Counted from the first letter of the stretch, positions 13,704-28,035 are shown. The stretch: 64,000 nucleotides of DNA from Octopus vulgaris (GCA_951406725.2 OX597818.1:129084001-129148000), one strand, 5' to 3'. A program made the numbers and translations. Notes: generated from the sequence alone by a model not told the origin.

Positions 13704-13922
13704 CAGTGGTTTTCAACGAGGGTTCTGCGGAACCTTAGGGTTCCGCCAGTACAGTTCAGGGGTTCTGCAAGAGGTTACAAAACTGCTAAAATCAACAGTA
13801 ATTTTTTAGTCTCCTGTGCAGATATGTGTGCATAAGACTATTAAATCATTGCACAGGGGTTCCTCGAGCCAGTGGAATGTTTCCTTGGGGTTCCGCTCCA
13901 GCAAAAAGTTTGAAAAGCACTG
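13704..13922. mobile_element. hAT-type MITE (219 bp)
   Basis: TIRs cagtggttttcaac / tttgaaaagcactg; perfect 8-bp TSD GCACAGAT at 13696-13703 and 13923-13930. Confidence 0.9.
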
Positions 13923-14297
13923 GCACAGATTGTTCAACAAGAAATTGTAGAACCCTTATCTGTTGTTCACAACATATGAAACAGAGACAGCATATAGCCT
14001 GGTGGTTAGGGAACTGAACTCTTGATCATAAAGTCATGGGTTCTATTCCTGGCCCAGGAAGTGCATTGAGTCCTTGAGCAAAGACTTCAATTCATTCAGC
14101 TGGCAAAAATAGACATTAAGACTTGGAGAGCATCATGGTCTATGTCAAGTTAGTCTGGTAGCATCAACCAAAAGTCTTTATTCTTGAAGAGGGATATGTC
14201 CAACCTTGGATTGTCATAGCTGACCTTTACCCTCTTATTAATTATGGAACACCCATGTATACATGTAGTAGATTTATGGGCCTACTGTGTGCATGTA

Positions 14298-14345
<48 letters not shown>

Positions 14346-14348
<3 letters not shown>

Positions 14349-14640
14349 TGAATAATTCAAGATCCTGGATTTCTAGCTTTGCTTTAAATAAGCTTTGCCG
14401 TCATCAATTGAAATATCAGAGCACTGATATATTCAACTGATGACGGCAAAGCTTATTTAAAGCAAAGCTAGAAATCTAGGATCTTGAATTATTCAGTAAT
14501 ATCTTTTTGCTGGTCTATTTTGTCCCTCTGTCTTATTTCATGGTGCGATATGAACATTTAAGGTGGTTTTTAGAGTCAGGGATTTGACTGCTATTTCGGC
14601 ATGGTGGTGTCTCTCAGACACCTTTATTTTTAGTTGTAAA
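14346..14640 (+). mobile_element. Penelope-like pLTR fragment with inverted arm (family H3)
   Basis: Near-perfect hairpin 14346-14419 / 14424-14498 abutting (TA)n, containing an HHR on each strand; right boundary approximate. Confidence 0.7.
14431..14489 (+). ncRNA. Type I hammerhead ribozyme motif
   Basis: AUUCAA CUGAUGA CGGC..GCUA GAAA UCUAGGA UC/UUGAAU; 6-bp stem I; cleavage triplet AUC. Confidence 0.75.
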
Positions 14641-14730
14641 AAGTTACTACCTTTGTATGGTATTTTTTCCCATGCTGGCCACTTGATAATATCGATATTT
14701 GAATATCGATATTATCCTTATTTATAAATT

Positions 14731-14794
<64 letters not shown>

Positions 14795-14908
14795 CGAATG
14801 AATTAGATTTAGTTTGTATATAAATGTGAACATTTGTATATATGCTTGTGGATACGTGTTATTCATATGGGTATGTATAAATGTTTATAATTATGTACAA
14901 TGTGTTAT

Positions 14909-14962
14909 ACTATACTGATGACGGTATTATTATCGTCTCTAAACTAGAAATCAATCTATAGT
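14909..14962 (+). ncRNA. Minimal type I hammerhead ribozyme motif (family H4)
   Basis: ACUAUA CUGAUGA CGGU..ACUA GAAA UCAA UC/UAUAGU; perfect 6-bp stem I. Confidence 0.7.
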
Positions 14963-15151
14963 TAAACCCAATTAAAAAAAAAAATCTTTTTGTTCATTTC
15001 CTTCACTTTCAACCCATGCTAATGGAGAAAATAATGTAGTTCTTAGAGCTATTGGGTGTCTATGTCTAGCGTGTGGTGCTACTCATTAGTTCCCTTATTA
15101 TAATTAAATTTTTATAATTATATATTTTGTGTGTATGTGTGCGTGTGTGTG

Positions 15152-15188
<37 letters not shown>

Positions 15189-15267
15189 ATTTATTAAAAT
15201 TTTATGTATTGATTAAGTCTTTCCTTGTTTGTTTTGCAAAATAGTGGTTTTGTCTCTAATAATATTT

Positions 15268-15298
<31 letters not shown>

Positions 15299-15499
15299 TC
15301 ACACATATGGTTAATAGGAGCAAAAGCTATAAGAGCAGACACTTGCCTCAAGGTGTTACAGAATGGAAATGAATCTTATATCACATGGTTGCAAAGCAAA
15401 CCTCTTGATAACATAACAGTTCCACTGCCTGTTCTTAGCAGTTTTTCATTTTTTTCAGATGTTTTCATAAAGGAAAACTAAAAGGAAATTATTGAATTG

Positions 15500-16230
15500 C
15501 CAGCCCTTGGCTCTTATGGCTTCTGATCTTAACTGATTGGAAGTGTTATCATGAACATTGTTTTGTCTTGGTATAAAAGATGGGCTACAGCAAATATATT
15601 TCTTTACTACCCACAAGGGGCTAAACACAGAGGGGACAAACAAGGACAGACAAAGGGATTAAGTCGATTACATCGACCCCAGTGCGTAGCTGGTACTTAA
15701 TTTATCGACCCCGAAAGGATGAAAGGCAAAGTCGACCTCGGCAGAATTTGAACTCGGAACGTAACAACAGACGAATTTCGCCCGGCGTGCTAACGTTTCT
15801 ACCAGCTCAATACCACAGATTTACTTAGCAGTTGTTTGACCTTAACCAGTTGGGCATGTCCCTTAGTGGCTGACGATATGAGCATCTCTGATCATGAGCA
15901 GAAGTAGTGGGGGAGCATCATCGTCATGTGATGAATGGAATTCTTTGGGGTTTTAATAATTCACCTTTGTTCAACATCCTTAAACAACCCTTATTCAAGG
16001 ACCTTTTGAATGGGATGTGTTACTTGACTTGGAGAAAATTCTAACTGGGACCCCACCTGCAAGGTCATGCACTGTTTATCTTGATATTAGATCACCATAT
16101 CATACACATATGGTTGTGATGCATGTGCCTGGTGTACCCTTATCAGACAGGTAGTCATGATGTGTATACTGGGCTTCGTATATTTTACCCCAGTGTCACT
16201 CTGATGGCATGCACTGCTCTCACACTCAAT
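15500..16230 (+). mobile_element. Interspersed repeat family E, probable retroposon ending in (AAT)n, with a SINE B inserted at about 15598-15808 (-)
   Basis: Homologous to 28344-28745 and 28817-29262; ends cactgctctcacactc(aat)n. Confidence 0.7.
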
Positions 16231-16249
16231 AATAATAATAATAATAATA

Positions 16250-16405
16250 CTGTCCCAATCGATATAAACGTATCTGTCAAGATCTACCAGAAACTGAGCA
16301 AATATAAAGATCTGGAAATAGAAATCAGCAAAATGTGGAACCTGAAGTCTAAAGCAGTACCTATTGTCATAGGTGCCCTGGGAATGATAGCAAAAGGGGC
16401 TGATT
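16250..16405 (+). mobile_element. R4/Dong-type LINE endonuclease fragment
   Basis: VPIDINVSVKIYQKLSKYKDLEIEISKMWNLKSKAVPIVIGALGMI, homologous to the 55306-55992 peptide; follows (AAT)n. Confidence 0.8.
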
Positions 16406-16904
16406 GAGGTCTCTGAGTGAGACTTGGAGCCAGCTTGTGCAAATGTAAAGCAAAAGTCAAACATAGAATAATAATAATAATCCTTTCTACTAAAGGCACA
16501 AAGCCTGAAATTTTGTGGGAGGGAACTAGTTGATTTCATCAACCCCAGTGTTTCACTGGTACTTAATTTATTGACCCAGAAAAGATGAAAGACAAAGTCG
16601 ACTTTGGCAGAATAATAATAACAAAAATGACAAGAGCACTCAGAGAACGCAAACCTCCACCAAGGCAATACCTTTTACTTTACAACCCACAAGGGGCTAA
16701 ACATAGAGAGGACAAACAAGGACAGACAAATGGATTAAGTCGATTATATCGACCCCAGTGCATAACTGGTACTTATTTAATCGATCCCGAAAGGATGAAA
16801 AGCAAAGTTGACCTTGGCGGAATTTGAATTCAGAACGTAGCGGCAGACGAAATACCGCTAAGCATTTCGGATTATTATTATTAAAGGGGATTATTATTAT
16901 TAAA

Positions 16905-16939
<35 letters not shown>

Positions 16940-16979
16940 AATTATTATTATTATTAAAATTATTATTATTATTATTATA

Positions 16980-17013
<34 letters not shown>

Positions 17014-17232
17014 TATGTTTGACTTTTGCTTTATATTTGTACAAGTTGGCTCCAAGTCTCACCCAGAGACCTCAAGAGACAACAGGGTTGGAAGTTCATG
17101 TTGTTGTTATGCCTAGTGTGCCATATATTTGGGGGGTGGGGATGTTGTACTAATGAATTAAAAAGAAAAAAATATTATTATTATTATTATTATCAAAATT
17201 ATTATTATTACTATTATTATTATTATTATTAA

Positions 17233-17271
<39 letters not shown>

Positions 17272-17418
17272 TATTATTATCATCCAATTTCTACTGAGGT
17301 TGACTTTGCCTTTCAAGGTTGTTGAACACTGGGGTTGATGTAATTGACTAGATTCTTCACCCCCAAACTTCAGACCTTGTACCCAAAGTAGAAAGGAGTA
17401 TTATTATTTTTATTATTA

Positions 17419-17455
<37 letters not shown>

Positions 17456-17890
17456 GTTAAAGGTCTAATGATGCAGGTTATTTGAAGAACTCAGTAACCT
17501 TGATTTGCATGTGAAAGACATTTGAATCTTGCAGAGACTGTATTGGAACCAATCAGTATGTATAAATGTGGATAGAGAATGCAGTGAATGCACTAGCATA
17601 AGGAGAGGGTTTAGACAAGGATGTGTTATGTCACCAGATCTCTTCAATTACTATAGCAAATTAATCATAAGAAAATTAGAGAAGGAAAAAGGTCTTCGAG
17701 TAGGAGGCAGAAACAGTGTAAACATAAGATTTACACATGACATAGTCTTACTTGTAAAATTGGAAAAGGAACTTCAGAGACTTCTGGATGTAGTGGTCAG
17801 AGAAAGTGATAGGAAGAGTCTGTTCATAAATTGCAAGAAGACATAATGTATGATGGTGGCAAAGAAGAAAAGCTCAATGTTCATGCTGAA

Positions 17891-18302
17891 AGTGGTAGCT
17901 GTGTGGTTAGTAGCTTGCCTACAAACCACATGGTTCTGGATTCAGTCCCACTGCGTGGCATCTTGGGCAAGTGTGTTTTACTAAAGCCTCGGGCCGACCA
18001 ATGCCTTGTGAGTGGATTTGGTAGACGGAAACTGAAAGAAGCCTGTCGTATATATGTATATATATATGTATGTATGTGTATGTATATGTTTGTGTGTCTG
18101 TGTTTGTCCCTCTAGCATTGCTTGACAACCGATGCTGGTGTGTTTACGTCCCCGACACTTAGCGGTTCGGCAAAAGAGACCGATAGAATAAGTACTGGGC
18201 TTACAAAGAATAAGTCCCGGGGTCGATTTGCTCGACTAAAGGCAGTGCTCCAGCATGGCTGCAGTCAAATGACTGAAACAAGTAAAAGAGTAAAAGAGCA
18301 AA
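17891..18302 (+). mobile_element. SINE family A
   Basis: Full head-to-tail match to family A. Confidence 0.9.
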
Positions 18303-18324
18303 AAGAATCAAATCATTAAGCAGG

Positions 18325-18580
18325 TATCAGGCACGTGGCTTAGAGGTTAGGGTGTTGAACTCATGGTCGTATGGTTGTGGTTTCGATTCCTGGACCAGGC
18401 GATGCGTTGTGTTCTTGAGCAAAACACTTCATTTTCACATTGCTTCCAGTCCACTCAGCTAGCAAAAATGAGTAATCCTGTGATGGACCGGCGTCCCATC
18501 CAGGTGGGGAATTTCTATGCCATTGAAACCGGGAAACCGGCCCTTATGAGCCTGGCATGGCTTGAGAAGGAACAAGGAAC
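18325..18580 (+). mobile_element. tRNA-derived CORE-like SINE family D
   Basis: A box tggcttagagg, B box ggtttcgattcc, then gttcttgagcaaaacacttc; relatives at about 13462-13600, 13990-14110, 21340-21550 (-) and 44178-44300. Confidence 0.75.
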
Positions 18581-19386
18581 AGTTATCAGCCTTCAACTAC
18601 TTTGGAACTTTGATCATAAAAGACACAAGTTGTATGAAGGAGATCAGAAGATGAATAGTGCTGGTAAAATTTGCAAAATTATATAACATCTTGAGAACCT
18701 GTATTCTGAGCATTAAGACTAGAATCTGTATATTGAACTACTATGTCTACCTTGTATTAATGTATGAAAGTGAGGCATGGTCTATAACATCAGGAATGAG
18801 AAAGTGCTTGGAGAGCTGTGAAATGTGGTTCTTAAGGAGAATATTGAGGAAAGCATGGATAAAGAGTGTAACGAAGAAGTTATGACCCAGACCACAGCAA
18901 ATAGGAAACTGCTTCATGAAATAAGGGACATTCAACTGAAATTTCTTGGTGATGAAGAAAGAGGGCCTGGAGAATTTAGTACTGACAGAGAAGATTGAAG
19001 GAGAAAGAAGCAGAGGAAAGAGAAGGATGATATGGATGTCAAGCTTGATGAACTGCCTGGAAGAAAGAGGCATTAAACATCAGGATGTGGAACTGTCACA
19101 GAGAACAAAGAACAGAAAATTGTGTCAGGACAGGATTGCCTATGTCCTACATTCTGGATATGGCACCTAAAAAGGAAGAAGAACGGTGTGTTCCTGCAGT
19201 GTAGTGTAAAATATCTGTCACACTGTGGAAAGTACATGGTAGAAGTGTGTGTGTGTGCAATAAAGAGATTCAAATGAACACTACTGGCACATACACACAT
19301 TCATATTAATATAAATGCTATTGGCACACACAAACACACATACACAAATGACAATTAACAATGTGTGAGTATGTGTGCACATAGAT

Positions 19387-19627
19387 ACTCTTTACTCTCT
19401 TTTACTCTTTTACTTGTTTCAGTCATTTGACTGTGGCCATGCTGGAGCACCGCCTTTAGTTGAGCAAATCGACCCCAGGACATATTCTTTGTAAGCCTGG
19501 TACTTATTCTATCGGTCTCTTTTGCCGAACTGCTAAGTTACAGGGACATAAACACACCAGCATCGGTTGACAAGCGATGTTGGAGGGACAAACACAGACA
19601 CACAAACATATACACACACATACATAT

Positions 19628-19696
<69 letters not shown>

Positions 19697-19862
19697 TACG
19701 ACAGGCTTCTTTCAGTTTCCGTCTACCAAATCCACTCACAAAGCTTTGGTCGGCCCGAGGCTATAGTAGAAGACACTTACCCAAGGTGCCACGAAGTGGG
19801 ACTGAACTCAGAAGCATGTGGTTTGTAAGCAAGCTACTTACCACACAGCCACTCCTACGCCT
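19387..19862 (-). mobile_element. SINE family A, full length
   Basis: Reverse complement of the family A consensus with (CTCTTTTA)n tail. Confidence 0.9.
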
Positions 19863-20384
19863 ACAGTGTTTTTTTTTCCAATTATCTATCATTCTAATAT
19901 CTGTGTTCTTAAACTTTGTAAAAGATGTGAAACGGTATATCCCAGGTACAGGTGTTGTCAACTATTTAATATTAAGTGCTTCTTGAATTATTTTATTACT
20001 GAAATGAAATTAGGTGGGTTACAGCAGACAACGATGACAGCAAAAATTGAATCAAGGGAGACAGAAAAGATGCAATGAAAGATTGGGAAAGCGTCACATG
20101 ATGAAGTCGAAGCCAACAGGGAAAGAATGACAATTCTTAATCAAAAAAAAAAAAAAGAAGGTAAAATATGAATGACAATGATAAGCAAAAATATTTTGCA
20201 CAAGCCAAATGAGAAAACAGGTTAGAAGAGAAAACATGACTGAAGAGAAGAAGACAAGATTTCTGAGGAATTAATCAAAGGATTATGAAGGAAATGACAG
20301 AATATTATAACTGATTGGGGAAATGTTTATGGCTGACTCTGTACCACAAAGTGGACCATGGAATTTCCATGGGTGATGCTAACG

Positions 20385-20451
<67 letters not shown>

Positions 20452-21555
20452 GTATTATTGTTAGTAACAACAACAATAATTATTGATAATAATAATAAAT
20501 AAAACTGAAACTGAAATTCAAACTCTAATCCAAATTTAAATGAAATTGAAATTATAATCTGTTAAAAAAAAAACAAAAAAAACACCTTGCATTTATGTTT
20601 TTTTATTATTATTATTATTATTAAAATAAATTAAAATTTCTGTTTAAAACTACCCTTGTTTTTTGTTTTGGATTTTTGGCAGTTTGATTCTTCTATCTCC
20701 TAAGACTTTGGTTTATGAAAATCTTGACAGTTTTATGAATTTGAGATGCCAAATAAAAGAAAGAAAAAAAGAAACAACTAATAAATAATGGAAGAAATAA
20801 ACAACCAAACAAACTTGAATCAAAATTCATGTCTTTCATCAACATCATTGTCATCATTATTATCCTCAACACCACCAATACTATCATCGTCATCATCATC
20901 ATTATTATAATGTCCGATTTATGCCATTCCATGCTGGCATGACTTGGACAGATTTGCAATACAACATATAACCACTACAACTATTATGTTTAATCCAACA
21001 CACAAATGGGCAATTGAGGATTCTTCAACATGCTTATTTGATTTGCTAGAATTAACAACAAAATTTCTCTTAAATCACACCTTATCAGCTTAAAAAAACC
21101 CCAAAACAACAAAACAACAATCTAATAATAAAGGAAATGTAATATACCCACTGTCTGAAAAAGGAGGTGGAATGGTCACAACTGGAATGTCTTTGATAAT
21201 AAATCTGCTAGAGTAGGACTGATCTGGAGCTACACAATAATTCCATACATTCATACTTAATACACACAATCAAATACGCATGCATACATATATACATATT
21301 CATACACATCCATACATACATATGCATATAGTGATCAAATGTTTGTGTAAAGATAAGCTCACTCCTTCCATCAAATCGGCATTACCTGTACAGGTGCAAC
21401 TGGGTACCACATGTCAGATGTCAAAATGATTGCAGAGTAATGTGAAAATGAAGTGCTTTACTCAAGAACACAATGCAATGCCCAGTCTGGGAATCAAACG
21501 GATAATCTTGCAATCATGAGTGCAACGCCCTAACCACTAAGCCATGTGCCATCAC

Positions 21556-22038
<483 letters not shown>

Positions 22039-22430
22039 CAATTTAATAAATAAAACATATGCATACATACATACATATATGTACATACCTACATCTATAT
22101 GTATATATACATGCATATAGGAGTACAGGACACCACAAATAAATGTAGAACACAACGAGAAACGAAAACATAAAATCAAACAAGGAAATGGACTTTTTTT
22201 TAACAATGAAAAAACAGAGTACAAGACAAACAATAAAAGGAATATTCCCCTTCATCAGCTGCCCCTGTTTCGACTCAATGCGTAGAGGGATGACCACTAT
22301 GTGGACATCCATATGCTAGAAGTAGATCCGCTATGGTCTTACCACTAAGAAAGGAATGTTCTCAAGAAAATTTTAGCAAATGCCAGAACATAAGCGACCA
22401 AGACAAATGAAAAGAAACAAAATATAGATT

Positions 22431-22503
22431 AATCACAAACTAGCTTCACTATTACCACTTACGTAATTACTTATGTCATTGTCTGGAGCTCATCAGTGTG
22501 ATT
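22431..22503 (-). ncRNA. Type I hammerhead ribozyme motif (family H5), GAAA mutated to GAAG
   Basis: Minus strand AAUCACA CUGAUGA GCU...AGU GAAG CUAG UU/UGUGAUU; perfect 7-bp stem I; palindromic CUAG. Confidence 0.7.
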
Positions 22504-22745
22504 GTCTTTGCAAATATAATTTGTAGAACTATACACGAGACGTCTGCGTGATATTGAACATGTATACAGTTCTACCAATTACACTTGGGGTTATCTTTCA
22601 AAAGTTTTCATTTTGGTGCACTAAAATATCAGAAATAATTCTGCAGAAAATAAATTTCTGCAGAGAATTTTGCCAGTTAGAGAACATAGTTATTTGAATT
22701 TAAATTTAAAATATTTTAAATTTAGATATTTTAAATTTAAGTTTT

Positions 22746-22785
<40 letters not shown>

Positions 22786-23257
22786 AATGGAGTGCGTGAG
22801 TGTCTGCACACTAACACTGCTTGAGTGACAGTGTGTTTGTTCACAGGTCTTTCCCACAAACAATAGATCCTTTAGATTTGCAATTTCAAAGGTTTCATAT
22901 GGAGACAAACAAAATAGAAATACCTTGAAATACAAGTTATATTTGTCAACAAGGAAGGGCATCTTGCTGTAGAATGAATAAATAGTGCCTTAATAATAAG
23001 TTTTGTCCAATACATACCAGCATGGAAAAAGTGAATGTCAATGTGATGATGATGTTGATGCTGATGATGTGTGAGCATGTGTATGTGTGTATGTGTGTGT
23101 GTGTCTGTTTGGCACTTCTTGTTTGGAATTTCTCCAAGACAGCTTAAAGACAGTTTTGTTCTTTCTTTTCTCCATTTTTTGAAAAATTCAATTTTTATTC
23201 TTTTTTCATTTTATTTCGAAAAATTTTTAAAAGGGAAATTGTGTTGCTATGGTAACT

Positions 23258-23305
<48 letters not shown>

Positions 23306-23454
23306 TTTTCTTGTTTTCTCTTTTGGTTGTTTCATTTATTTTCTTTCTTGTTTAGTACTGGGTGATTACCTGTGAGAATCTCAAACCAAATGCATGCACA
23401 TACATATGGCATGCATACATACATACATATGGCATGCATACATACATACATACA

Positions 23455-23485
<31 letters not shown>

Positions 23486-23603
23486 GTACACATACATACA
23501 CAGGCACACATGGGTACATATGCACATACATGTCTACATGCACACACACACATAGCTGAAATCATACGCATATAATATATGTACACATGAATTAACACCC
23601 TTG

Positions 23604-23655
<52 letters not shown>

Positions 23656-25003
23656 TACACATTTATAAGATAAGTCCACTATATCATTCCTATTTTCCAT
23701 CACCACAAGTCATCATCCTCATCACCACCACCACCACCACCACCATCACCATTATGACGATGATGACGATAACTACGATGACGCTGCTGCTGATGATGAC
23801 GACTACCACCACCACCACCACCACCACCACCACTACCACCACCACCACCAACACTGCTGCTACTTAGATGAATTAAAGAACTTATATGTAGATCTGTTAG
23901 AATGAGCAGCAAAATTTCCGTCGAATTGCAACCCCATCTTAGAGAAAGACATATTAGATAATGTCATCAAGGACTTTTAGCACAGAAAAAAAAAATGGTG
24001 GGATGGTCATGGCTGGAACACTTCTGATCGCAGGTCAGCTTGAACAACAACTACCACTGCAGCAGCACCAACAACAGTCTAGCTGCTATGGCCATCACCA
24101 CCACCACCATCACCACCACCGCCGCCACCACCATCGCCAATTCCACCACCACTGCTGCTGCCACCGCCACCGCCACCGTCGCCGCCACTGCAGCTGCCAC
24201 CGCCACCACCACCACCACCACCACCACCTTCAAACAGGTTAGCTACATTTCCAGTGAAAAAGTAACTAAGAATATGCTTTGACCATCACCACCACCACCA
24301 CCACCACAATCATCATTAGTACACTCACTACTAACTAGAATTCAGCTGCTAGAAATAGCAAGCCAAATCTTACTTAGATAACATCCTACTGATTTAAAAA
24401 AAGGAAAGACTTTCTGACTAACGCAAATTGAAAAAAAAAAAAAAATTCCAGCAAACGATCAGGGTAGAAATTGAATGTTCATAGCAGGAACATCTTTGAC
24501 CCTGTGCCTCATCTTCAATCTGGGCAGACCTTGGGCTAAACGTCAACATTGTTTTCATCATCTTCATCACCACAACCACCACCACCACCACCATCATCAT
24601 AGTCAACTTTATCATCTGTCTTTGGTGTCATAGCGACCTTCTGGTATAACATCTCATTATTATTAATATGTGAGGGCAGCGAACTGGCAGAATCGTTGGA
24701 GTACCATGCAATATGTTTAGCAGCATTTCACTTGTCTTTACCTTTTGAGTTCAAATTCCACTGAGGTCAGCTTTGCTTTTCATCCTTTCGAGGGTTGATA
24801 AAATAAGTACCTGTCAGACACTGGGTTCTAAGCTAAATTCCTGGCTTTGTGCCAAAATTTGAAACCCATTATTAACTATTATGGACAAGAGCAGTATCAT
24901 GTTGAGTTACAAGCCTGACAGTCTTCTGTTTTAGTATCTCAGATTCTGTATTCAGTTCCTATTAGGGCTGGCTTTACCTTCCATTTTTCCAGGGTATTAA
25001 AAT

Positions 25004-25236
25004 AAGGCGGCGAGCTGGCAGAAACGTTAGCACGCCGGGCGAAATGCTTAGCGGTATTTCGTCTGCGTTACGTTGTGAGTTCAAATTCCGCCGAGGTCGA
25101 CTTTGCTTTTCATCCTTTTAGGATCGATAAATTAAGTACCAGTTACGCACTGGGGTAGATGTAATCGACTTAATACCTATGTATGTCCTTGTTTGTCCCC
25201 TCTGTGTTTAGCCCCTTGTGGGTAATAAAGAAATAG
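25004..25236 (+). mobile_element. SINE family B, full length
   Basis: aaggcggcgagctggcagaaacgttagc...gtgggtaataaagaaatag; flanking duplication ggtattaaaataag; older relatives at 24673-24870, 25598-25745 and 26378-26580. Confidence 0.9.
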
Positions 25237-26046
25237 GTATTAAAATAAGTATCAGATATAGCTAATTAAATCAATTCCATCGTTGTGATTTTCATCAGTG
25301 AAAATTCAATGCTATTACTCTCAATTTTGAGATCATGGAAGGATAAATAAAACAAAGTTGACCTTGATGGCATCTGAACTCAAAATGTAAAGAGCTGGAC
25401 TTTTATGTTGTTCAAATGATAGCCAAACTTCTGTACTGGTAATCATCATCATAACTATTATTATAAAGAACAGTGAATTGGTTGAATCAGGACCCTACCC
25501 ACTGCAAGTAGATGGTCCTGTTCAATGCATAGAAAAGGTGTTGGCAGGAATTCCATTCAGTGTGCCCAGTGCAAGCTATGGATAGATAAGGTTTCATGGC
25601 GGCAAGCTGGCAGAAACGTTAGCACACCGGGCGAAATGCTTAGCGGTATTTCGTCTGCCGTTACGTTCTGAGTTCAAATTCCACTGAGGTCGACTTTGCC
25701 TTTCATCCTTTCTGAGTCGATTAAATAAGTACCAGTTATGCACTGTAAAATGAACTGTGCTGGTGATACATAGAAAGCACTTAGTACACTCTGTAAAGTG
25801 GTTGGTGTTTGGAAGGACATCCAGCTATAGAAACCATGCCAATACACACAATGTAACTTGGTGCAGCTCCTGGCTTTGCCAGCTCCTATCAAACCATTGA
25901 ACAGTGGAACCCATGCCAACATGGAAAACAAACATTAAATGAAATGATGATGATTGTAACATTGGATATTTTATCCAGCTCTTTATGTTCTGAGTTCAAA
26001 TCATGCCTAGGATAACTTTGCCTTTCATCCCTCTGGAGCTGGTTAA

Positions 26047-26268
26047 CCCTCAGTTACTATATTTCGGTAGAAAAGCACTGCCTTTGTTATAATTAATTTT
26101 GAAATTAATGAAGAATTTATACAATAACTTTTGTCATTATTGAGCTGGTGTTTGAATCAGAAATTAACATGAAATTTTCATGAAATATTTTAATTTAGAT
26201 CAGGTTCAAACAAAAAGTTTACATCATAGAAGAAGGGGTGATCTCAGGTGAGATGGCATCAAAAGGGG
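26047..26268. mobile_element. piggyBac-type MITE
   Basis: TTAA-CCC...GGG-TTAA termini; similar in reverse orientation to 29305-29518. Confidence 0.7.
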
Positions 26269-26793
26269 TTAAATAAAGTGCAAGTCTAGTACTGGGGTTG
26301 ATTTTAATGGCTAACCTCTCCTATCAAAAATACTGGCCTTGTACTTAAATTAGAAGGCAATTGTTATTGTGATTATTAAGGTGGTGATCTGGCAGAATTG
26401 TTAGCATGCTGGGCGAAATGCTCAGCAGTATTTCACCCGTTGCTCTGATCTGAGTTCAAATTCCACCAAGATCGACTTTGCTGTTCAGCCTTTCAGAGTT
26501 GAAAAAATTAGTACCAGTTCAACACTGGGGTGGATGTAATCAACTTATCCCCTCCCCCAGAATGGCTGCCCTTGTGGAAAAATTATTATTATTAGGGTGG
26601 TAGGTTGGCAGAATCATTATAGCATAAAAGAAAAAGATGTTTTACAAAACTTGTTTTTTTTTTTTTAATGTTCTGTGTTCAAATCCGGCTGAAGTCAGCT
26701 TTGTATTTTATCTTTCAATAAGTACTATAAGATGAAGTACTATTTCAAATATTGAGGATTGATTAATTCAATTACATTGTCCTCTTTACCATT

Positions 26794-26862
<69 letters not shown>

Positions 26863-27033
26863 GCAACAGCAACAACAACAACAACAACAATAATACTAAT
26901 CCTTTCTACTACAGGCACAAGGCCTGAAATTTTGGGGTGGGGAATAATCAATTACGTTGACCCCAGTACTCAGCTAGAACTTATTTTATCAACTCTGAAA
27001 AGGATAAAAGGCAAAGTCATAATAATAATAATG

Positions 27034-27066
<33 letters not shown>

Positions 27067-27289
27067 GTTTCAAATTTTGCTATGGGAGCCTATGTTCTGG
27101 TATATTACATTCCTAAAGTCAAATTTGCTCTTCTCCTTCTGGGGAAGGGAAATGTCGATTAAATTCCGCACCATTTAAGTACTGGTAGCAGTGTAATCAA
27201 CTTGCCTTACCTCCTCAAAATTGCTGGCCTTCTACCAAAATCAGAAACCATTATTATTATTATGCTTGTCACACAACAACTGTTCCTGG

Positions 27290-27760
27290 TGGTGTAACAT
27301 GGATGCCAGCTGACCACATCCAGGGGACCGAGGTGACATCTTCAATTGTTAAGCACTTTTCTAAGTATTTTAGCAATTCCAAGGAGAGTTCTTTTCTGTA
27401 AATGGACCACTCTGATGTTGTCCCTGATTTTTAAAAATAGTTTTAAATTCTGGTGTTCACAATACCAAGTGTCCCAACAACAACTGGGACCACCTCAACT
27501 TTTTCCATCACCCAGAAATGTTTTTATCTCAAATACTCAGTCTTCTCTAATTCCTTGTCATAAACCTTATTGTCAGCTGGACACTGTTGACTTTGTTAAT
27601 CTCCACAATATCTGGTTTATGATGTTCAGTTTCATGGTCACATTGTACCATAAAGTCTCAAAATACTGACATGGTCATTTCCTGCAATACCTTCTGTTTG
27701 TTCTCATGCCACTGTCTTGCTCTTTCTAGACCGTGTTTTCTACATAACTTCCATTTGAGA
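27290..27760 (-). mobile_element. Degenerate R4/Dong-like LINE 3' fragment
   Basis: Minus strand reads LQKRTLLGIAKILRKVL, matching the C-terminus of the 55306-55992 protein (IQKIALLGTAHILRRTL). Confidence 0.6.
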
Positions 27761-27994
27761 AGCTCAGAGAATACTCTCTTTTACTCTTTTACTTGTTTCA
27801 GTCATTTGACTGCGGCCATGCTGGAGCACTGCCTTTAATCAAGCAACTTGACCCCGGGACATATTCCTTTGTAAGCCCAGTACTTATTGTATCGGTCTCT
27901 TTTACCGAACCGCTTAGTAATGGGGACATAAACACACCAGCATCAGTTGTCAAGCAATGCTAGGGGGACAAACACAGACACACAAACACACACA

Positions 27995-28035
<41 letters not shown>

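Larger units (their letters stand above)
17465..19170 (+). mobile_element. Degenerate RTE-clade LINE (RT to C-terminus), interrupted by SINE A (17891-18302) and SINE D (18325-18580)
   Basis: IRRGFRQGCVMSPDLFNYY...NIRFTHDIVLL (RT core); LMYESEAW...EMWFLRRILR; ENLVLTEKIEGERSRGKRR. Confidence 0.85.

Noticed and set aside
22230-22280. Minus-strand GAAAC...CUGAUGA motif
   Set aside because: Core halves are in an order and spacing that give no convincing stems I and III or cleavage triplet
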